From Amoebophrya sp. A120 (lineage: Eukaryota > Protista > Dinoflagellata): a stretch of 64,000 nt of DNA. The notes below the pieces were generated by a model. That model had not been told where the DNA came from and ran no database searches. It saw only the letters and a list, made by a program, of their open reading frames with translations. The stretch lies in the NCBI GenBank assembly GCA_905178155.1, contig CAJINV010000001.1, positions 419,643 through 483,642 on the forward strand, given 5' to 3'. A program made the position numbers and the translations under genes. Below, in pieces: positions 58,310-64,000 of the stretch; the first letter of the stretch is position 1, and each line of letters opens with the position of its first letter.

Positions 58310-61300
58310 TCAATACTTCTTGTAGTTCCTTTTTTTCCGCGGTAGTATCACGCCGCACCAGCCCCGCCGCTTACTCGCTTTCTTCGCCAACGGCCGGGGT
58401 AGGATCTTAATCATCAGGTTGATGAAGCCCGGTTCCTCGCGCTTGCGGTTCGACACGATGATCGGCTCCGGCGTCATCCCGCGCAACACCAAGTCATCCT
58501 CTTTCGCGGGCTTGTACCACTGGAAATCGCCCACGTGCCCGTAGGGGTTGTGGGGCCCGTGCATTTCCTCCTTGGGGTTCACGCACCCGACGCAGGACAG
58601 AACGTGGTCTTCCAAGTGGAACATGGGGGGCACCTCGGTGCCCGGGGACCGGAGGGGCATCACCGCCGGTGAATCCTCCCCCTCGTCCCACTGCTCGTCC
58701 TCGATCCAGACGTAGCCCGACCGTTGCAGATCCAACTGCGCGTCCTTCAGCAGCGTTTTCTCATACATCAGCACCTGCATATCCAGCGCCTCGTGGTCGT
58801 TTTCATGCGGAACGATCTTTTGAATGTTCTTCAAAAAATCCCGATCCAACTTCCGGCGAAAGTACTCCTCGTTTCGCTCCACGTTCGGGTCCTCGTCATC
58901 CTCGCTGTCATTCTCGTCGTCTCCTACGTAGCTGTCGTCGTGCGCGCTAGCTTTCTCCCTTTTCCGTTTCTCGTAATTTGACTCGGTGTCGCTTTCGTTC
59001 TCCGTTTCATCTTCCTCTCCGGGGGGTGCATCGAAGTTGAGAAAATTTGACAGCTGCTTCTTTCGCCACTTGGCTTGATGTTCGGCGTGGTTCTGCGAGT
59101 AGGAGATCGACGCGCGGCCCGTGGCCCGGTGCATCGCATCCTCGAGGTTATTTGACTGGTGGAAAGAAGTTCGGGCTAGCTTGATCGAGTTCGTTTTCAG
59201 CTGCGCAACAAGCGGATTCGACGCGACGCTCGTCCGCGAGTTGTAGTTGGCCTCCTGCTCGGAACGCTTCCGGCTGCCTGGCTGCTGGTGAGCAGGACTC
59301 TGCAGCGACAAAACCAGCGAGTCGTCGTTTTTAACTACATTTTCTGACTCGATATCAATTTCCTCTAGCTTGTCGTCTTGTTCCACCCGGCCGTGTTCGT
59401 TAGATGTAGAGGACGCTGCCGCCAAGCGCTGTAAGAGAAGGCCTTTCTGCTCCATCCCCGGTGCCTCGTTGTCGTTAGATTTATTTGTTGTGATATTTTT
59501 ACCTGCATTTCGTTCTTTCCCTTCTGCTTCTTGTTCTTCACACACTGCTATTGAATTCTTCGTCGCTAATTGTAATTCTGCTGCATCTCCGAGATGATTC
59601 CCGTCCTGCTTGCCTTTTTCTTCTGCTTTTTTTCCTACTCCTGCTTCAACGATAATGTCTGCTTTATTTCCTTCTGCTTCCGTACTACTGCTAGTGAGTG
59701 TCTTTTGCAACTTTGTGCTAATATTGTCCTGATTTTCGTTTTCCTCGGCCACATTTCGATTTTCTTCACACGTGGTTGTGGTAGTACTATCATTGGTCTT
59801 TTCGAGAACCAACACATCTTCATTCGTTAGGTGTAGTCGATCTTTACTACTCTGGAAGTTCTTCTTTTCAGCATCCTCCACCTCGATTATTGTGAGGAAA
59901 AGTCCCCCCCTCCCCATATCAAAACGAAAATTTGTGATGCGGGTTTTGTGTACACAAATCCAATATGTCTTGCAGCAGAGGACTGCAGGCAGACGCAGTG
60001 CCTGAGTAGGGCCGCTGTTCTGTAGGCGCCTAGCAAGGCAGGCATGTCCTCTGTAGGCGGTACAGCATTACAAAGTGCCTGCGAAACGCGGCTGATTTCC
60101 TGCCTTTGCCCTCTTGCAACACACGGACGATTTGTGGTCACAAATCAGCATCACAAATTTTCAGTAGTGCCCCTGTTTGGCATGGGGAGAGGGAATTTTT
60201 CCTCACAATATCGATCTTATTTCCGTCACTGTCTTTCTCCGCGGTCTTCATCTTCATCAGTTTCGACGCGACCAATATGCATTGCAAATATGTGCGGGTG
60301 ACTGTACCTTGGATGAGTGCAGATGTCTGTAAGCTCTAATGCAGTTTTTGCATGACACAGAGTGTCTGGCATGCAGAGACCAGCGTCACAGGTTCTTCGA
60401 GAGCTCCATGTTGATGCCTCCTCTGCATGAGAAATCCGCTCTCACCATGACCACAAATAAACATCTTTTGCTGTTTTTGCAAAACAAATTTTTCTGTGAT
60501 CTGAAATGCGCATCACAAGTTGCAACCCTTCAGACCCAGACATATTTGCACTTGATAACCAACTTCGCCGCCGCTGCCGCAGAGGACGACAAAGTAGCCG
60601 AAGATGACGACGCACCCGCGGCGCTGCCCGCCATTTTGCTTTCCAGCTCCTCGCGCATCTTCAAGCACAGCCGCTCGGACTCGCTCGTTCGCCCGGGGGG
60701 AAGGCTGTCGACCAGCTTTTTCTGCCTTTCCTATGAACTGCAAAAGTATCGCACTCGTATAAATGCATTACAAATTTTCTCAGCATGAGAAATAAAATTT
60801 GTGATGCTGATTTGCCTTGACAAAGAAATTTGTAATGAAAGACCTGCATTTATACGAGTACGATACTTTTGCACAGCATATTTCCTTTTCCAAAGCAATT
60901 TCGTACCCCTTCATCATGTATCAAATGCAAATATGTGTGGGTCTGGAAAGGTTGAATCTGTGCTGCGTGTTTCGCACTGCTAAAAAATTTGTATTGCATA
61001 CGCAACAAACAAAGCACCACACTTTCGTCATGCAAAAACGCAGTTTGTAATGCGTCCTGCGCATGACAGGGCATGCTTTGTCATTTGTCATGCTGCACTG
61101 CAGTTAAAGGCACGCTCAATCATGGCCGTTCAGCATTACAAGTTTCCAGACCCAACCATGTTTGCATTTGATATCATGCGCCGCGCGATGGTGTAAGCCG
61201 CTTCCAGCGTCCGCTTCTGGCGGTAGTCGAGGTTCGTGTATTACAATGAAAAATGCCCCCACCCTCATACTTGGGAGCATTTGTGTTGCCAACCTTTCCA

Positions 61301-64000
61301 AATGAAACACTCGCCCTCCTGCATCTATCAGCATCACAGGTTTCCAATCGTGAATAGCAAAAATTTGCATTGCAAAAGACCCCAGCAAGAGCGGCGCTTG
61401 TCATGCAAGCGATGCAATACACGCCTTGACTCTGCATCAGAAAGATTCATACTCCTTTCATGCAAAGTTTTCATTTGGAAACTTCGCATCACAAATTCTT
61501 GTAACTTTGGGGGTGGGGGCGTTTTTCACTGTAATATCGTGTGGTCCGGCTTTTCCTTCAAAATCTCCCGGATCCTTCGCATGTGCCGCCCCTTCTTCAG
61601 CGATGAACAATCGGCGTCTTGTGAGCCAGAAGCTTTCGCGCCGGCTTTCCGCTCCGCTGCAGCTGTTGTGGTTCCACTAGTGATGTTGGTACCATCGTTG
61701 GCTCCTTCCTCGTCTTTATTCAAGGCTGCATTTGTTTCATCTTCGTCCTCGTCATCGTCCAGGTTAAGCACGGCCGCCGCGCCATGAAGATTCTCCGCAT
61801 CTTCCTCCTCCAACGCCAGCGTGTCCGCGCGGTTCCGTATTGTGAAGAAAAATCCCCCCTCCCCATATCGAACAAGAAATTTGTGATGCTGACCTGTGAT
61901 CACAAATCAGATTTATCTTGCGTACATGGCAAACAGACCCACGTGGCGCCTTGTGCAGCCAGTCTGTCATGCGTTTTCGCCTATGTCAGGCTTGTTTCTC
62001 ATGCTCAGCTGCGAGCCGGATGCATAGTACCCAAATGGGCTTAGAATATGCCGACAAGCACAAGCTCTTCCTGCAATACAAAGTTCATGTGTGTACACAA
62101 ATCCAGCAACACAAATTGTCTTTTGAGTATGGGATGGGGGCTTTTTTCACTTTGATATTCCGCCGGGCGTCGTAGGCCCGCACCATCTCCTGCCGCTCCT
62201 CCGCCTCGCGCTCCTTCCGTTTCTCCCGCTTCTTGGCCCGTTTCGCGGCACGCTTACTGACCGGCTTGTCGCCCTCCTTCACCTCGTCGTCGGAGTTGAT
62301 ATCACTGTCCTCGTCGTCGTCCTTCTTCCGCTCGTCGGTGCAATTCAGCGTCTCGATGTCCCACAGCGCGTTCAACTCCGTGGCCTGGTTGAAGATCGGC
62401 CCTTTACTGTTCGAGCCGAAGGCGGAGAACAACCCGCCCGGCCCGGCGAACGCCGACCGGTCGCCGAAACACAGAATTTTGCCGCCCTTGCTGTTCTTCA
62501 TGGCCTGGCCCCAGGAGGCCGCCCAGGGCATATCCAGACACCCGCGGTCGTGCCGCGCAAACCCGTGTTTCCCCCCGGTGGAAGTTGTTGTATTATTTGT
62601 AAAAACGTCCCCACCCCAGAGTCAAGATGGGGATTTTGCAACACAAACCTGAAAGTTTTCGTTTTGGGAGCCACGCATGACAAGTTGCACGCTGTAGTGT
62701 AATGCCGTTTCGCAAGGGAAGCCGCATAACAAATCCATCTCCTTATCCTGTTGACAGCATTACAACTTCCAAAACACGATGGGACATGCCTCTCATGGGG
62801 ATGCGCATTACAAATGCTCTTGTGCTTGCAGAACTGCATGACAACTCTGGGGTGGGGATGTTTTTGCACAGGATATGTTGCGCCCGCATCCTCGTAAAAC
62901 GTCTGCGGCGCGTCGCCCTCCTCATTCACCGTCGGGAGCTCGGAAGAAGTACTTGCGCCCGTAGTACCTACCGCTGCAGCAGATGAAGCGCCACTGCTCA
63001 AACCGGCACCTGCACGCGGATTACTATTTTCAACACCTCCGCCAACTACACGAGCCGCAGCTGCAGCCGCGCCATCGTGGCCGAACTGATGTTGTTGTGC
63101 ACCAAAACCTCCGCCTGAATCGTTGTTCAGTCGATCTACTAAGGAATGTTGCTGATGACCCGCAGGAGCTGTGGATGAGTTAGTGGTCATCGTTCCACCA
63201 CACATCAGGAGTTGGTTGTTTTTCCCCGCGGGGGCTGCATCCGGACCACCACCAGCAAGGTACGAACTAGCGGTGGAACCCCCTGCTCCCGGAAGATGTT
63301 GAAGGTGCTGACCGTACTGGCTGGACGCTCCTGGAATAGCACCTCCACCCCCACCGAAACCTCCTTTCGACCCGTTGCTGGCGTACTCAGGCACGTCCGG
63401 GAGGTGAAACCGATTGGCGCTGGGTGTCCCGTTTTTGTTCTTGTCGCCCCCGCGCGGGGTGCAATAGAACATGGAAAAGTAACTGCTCGTGGCGTCACTG
63501 TTGTAGCAGTTGGACAAACCGTGGCCAGTATAAACTGCAAGAAATATGTCTGGGTCTAGAAGATTCTGAGACCTGTCATGCACGTTTTGCCGCGTAAGCC
63601 ATGACGTCAGTGATGCATGCGCTAGCATCACAGATTTTTTGAGGGCTTCTTAATGCCTATTCTGCATGACAAATGCCCTCCCCACGCAGCAAAAATTGGA
63701 ATTGCACTCCCTTGCTTCTCGTGCACTACAGATTTTCTTGGAATCCAAATGCAGCATCACAAGTTACATCCTTCCATACCCAGACATTTTTACACTTGAT
63801 AGCCAGTGGATCCATTTTCGTTCGCACCGGGGAAGTGCGGGGCGAAGGGGTCCATGCTGGCGTGGGTGTGCGCGAAGGGGAAGTTGTTGCGCTGCAACCA
63901 CACGGGCTCGTGCGAGTTTGGGTTGGTCCCCCCGTTTATCAAATGCAAAAATGTCTGGGTCTGGAAGAATGCGCGACTTGTCATGCAGCTTTTCCATGAC
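58310..64000 (-). CDS. Large hypothetical protein, 5' end beyond the window, interrupted by 9 introners
   Basis: Removing each of the 8 complete elements plus one TSD gives one continuous frame (...GSTG|HGLS...GAT|TSTGG...ARR|NRAD...DHT|NLDY...RRM|MKGY...EKE|RQKK...AKL|VASK...KI|EVEDAEKK...) to the stop at 58310. Confidence 0.85.
59888..60210. mobile_element. Introner family A
   Basis: TSD TCGAT. Confidence 0.93.
60276..60557. mobile_element. Introner family B
   Basis: TSD ACCAA. Confidence 0.9.
60732..60880. mobile_element. Introner family G (TIR TATGNNNTGCAAAAGTATCGYACTCGTATAAATGCA), shortest element at 149 bp
   Basis: 36-bp TIRs; TSD TTTCC. Confidence 0.93.
60919..61173. mobile_element. 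Introner family B
   Basis: TSD TCATG. Confidence 0.93.
61239..61536. mobile_element. Introner family E
   Basis: TSD TCGTG; interior highly similar to 34331-34639. Confidence 0.95.
61838..62157. mobile_element. Introner family A
   Basis: TSD TTCCG; right TIR degenerate. Confidence 0.9.
62591..62875. mobile_element. Introner family D
   Basis: TSD TGTTG; interior similar to 38467-38748. Confidence 0.92.
63529..63801. mobile_element. Introner family B
   Basis: TSD GCCAG. Confidence 0.93.
63937..64000. mobile_element. Introner family B, truncated by the window edge
   Basis: Left TIR tatcaaatgcaaaaatgtctgggtctggaag. Confidence 0.85.

Noticed and set aside
59888-64000. CRISPR-like appearance (repeats separated by unique sequence)
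   Set aside because: The repeats are inverted pairs with TSDs, the 'spacers' are in-frame exons, and there are no cas genes.
1-64000. Autonomous transposase, tRNA/rRNA genes, or dinoflagellate spliced-leader relics
   Set aside because: None recognised by eye; absence not verified computationally.

Overview
Eukaryotic genomic DNA, very probably a parasitic Syndiniales dinoflagellate of the Amoebophrya type. This is an inference from three things: all genes are co-oriented, the proteins carry long low-complexity insertions, and the introns match my recollection of the published Amoebophrya A120 introner ends (TAT-N7-AAA). All 13 gene models lie on the minus strand: a giant coiled-coil protein, glutamate-cysteine ligase, two paralogs of a putative secreted protein, an SF2 helicase with an HA domain, an RNA-dependent RNA polymerase (DFDGD), DPAGT1/ALG7, POC1, a membrane protein, Prp18, a TMEM87/GPR107-like 7TM protein, a Mei2-like RRM protein and a large unknown protein. 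The dominant feature is 29 non-autonomous MITE-like elements (28 complete, 149-323 bp; about 10 TIR families). They have TAT...ATA ends (one degenerate end reads TGT) and 5-bp target-site duplications. For all 27 complete genic copies, removing the element plus one TSD restores the reading frame, but only 2 can be given GT/GC-AG ends, so they behave as non-canonical introns alongside ordinary GT-AG introns. The elements also show structure beyond their ends: related copies sit in both orientations in same-strand genes, all families share internal TGTSATGC-N7/8-GCATSACA half-sites or dyads, and neighbours recur at exactly 65 nt spacing. Two element-free 'empty site' copies exist in the window; one is a near-perfect spliced-form copy of the GCL 5' end fused to another gene. 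All coordinates and frames were worked out by eye.
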